Positions 63,419 to 64,000 of a stretch of 64,000 nucleotides of DNA are shown piece after piece. The stretch covers positions 93,558,001 to 93,622,000 of the forward strand of contig CM060731.1 of the NCBI GenBank assembly GCA_030704615.1. Direction: 5' to 3'. The notes beneath the pieces were generated by a model. The model had not been told where the DNA came from, did not search any database, and worked only from the letters and a program-made list of their open reading frames with translations. Origin of the DNA: Takakia lepidozioides. Taxonomy: Eukaryota; Plantae; Bryophyta. A program made the translations under genes and the position numbers. Position 1 is the first letter of the stretch. Every line of letters begins with the position of its first letter.

Positions 63419-64000
63419 TTAATTAGACTCACTTTGATCGTTCGCAACATATAGATTTGCTTTCGCTTTAACTGCTTCGGCCTTTCCAATACGTCTAGAG
63501 CTCCACTTGGAGGTGTTCTTCCGAGGTCGCATTGTCCACGCCACATTGTTCGTATGTATCCACTTTGGTGGATCAGATTTATTGAACTCCCAAGCTTTGT
63601 CCCAACAGTTTCTATACCTATCCACGTCCTCCGCTGCAGCACCTTTAGGTCTCCACCACTCCAGAAGGACTTGCCGATATCTCTCATCTGAACGGTCACG
63701 AACAACATCAGAGATTGCCACACCCATCCAAACTGGATATGTCTCTGTTTCTGGTGGTCGAACAAGTACGGAGTTTCCAATTTCAATATCTTTGAATGGG
63801 TCCATCGGTTCTTTAGGTCTCTGACTCTTTGGCCCACAATACGGATCCAGCTGGTTGCGATCTTCCTCCTTTGACTCCTCCTGACTCTCACATTCAACCC
63901 TAATCCCATCTCTGTCATGGTTATCTTTCCACAGAGTCGAAGGCCAAAACCCCTCCTCCAGCTTGTCCTTTGGCTCAGGCAATGGCTTACCAAGTTCAAT
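63419..64000 (-). CDS. C-terminal part of a probable TE-encoded protein (BAH/SH3-like beta-barrel appearance); runs off the window
   Basis: DIEIGNSVLVRP...YPVWMGVA...VLLEWWRP...YRNCWDKAW; frame open to the window edge. Confidence 0.5.
   Translation of the reverse strand: MELGKPLPEPKDKLEEGFWPSTLWKDNHDRDGIRVECESQEESKEEDRNQLDPYCGPKSQRPKEPMDPFKDIEIGNSVLVRPPETETYPVWMGVAISDVVRDRSDERYRQVLLEWWRPKGAAAEDVDRYRNCWDKAWEFNKSDPPKWIHTNNVAWTMRPRKNTSKWSSRRIGKAEAVKAKANLYVANDQSESN

Overview
Eukaryotic nuclear DNA, most likely from a non-seed land plant (inferred from the intron style, the SEUSS-family gene and the TE repertoire). One intact host gene, a multi-exon SEUSS/SLK LIM-binding-domain co-regulator (minus strand, about 12.0-19.9 kb), sits among nested mobile elements. 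Highlights: (1) two diverged, intron-containing copies of a prokaryote-type beta-class amino-DNA-methyltransferase-like gene (1.1-2.1 kb +, 35.5-40.7 kb -). The longer copy is fused to an N-terminal ParB/Srx-like domain (IYDGNHRWYAW), both copies have a non-canonical D[IL]PDG motif IV, and both are associated with many AGTCGG-N2-CCGACT palindromes. (2) A LINE (26.8-32.1 kb) whose polyprotein has APE, RT, a chromodomain, a PCIF1-like methyltransferase-like segment and RNase H. (3) A 16.8-kb unit (41860-58684) bounded by about 1.1-1.3-kb TIRs made of palindrome arrays, carrying a dead hAT transposase, a RING-H2 protein, an atypical kinase, repeated TATA modules and a long hairpin. All domain calls come from motif recognition by eye; no database searches were run.
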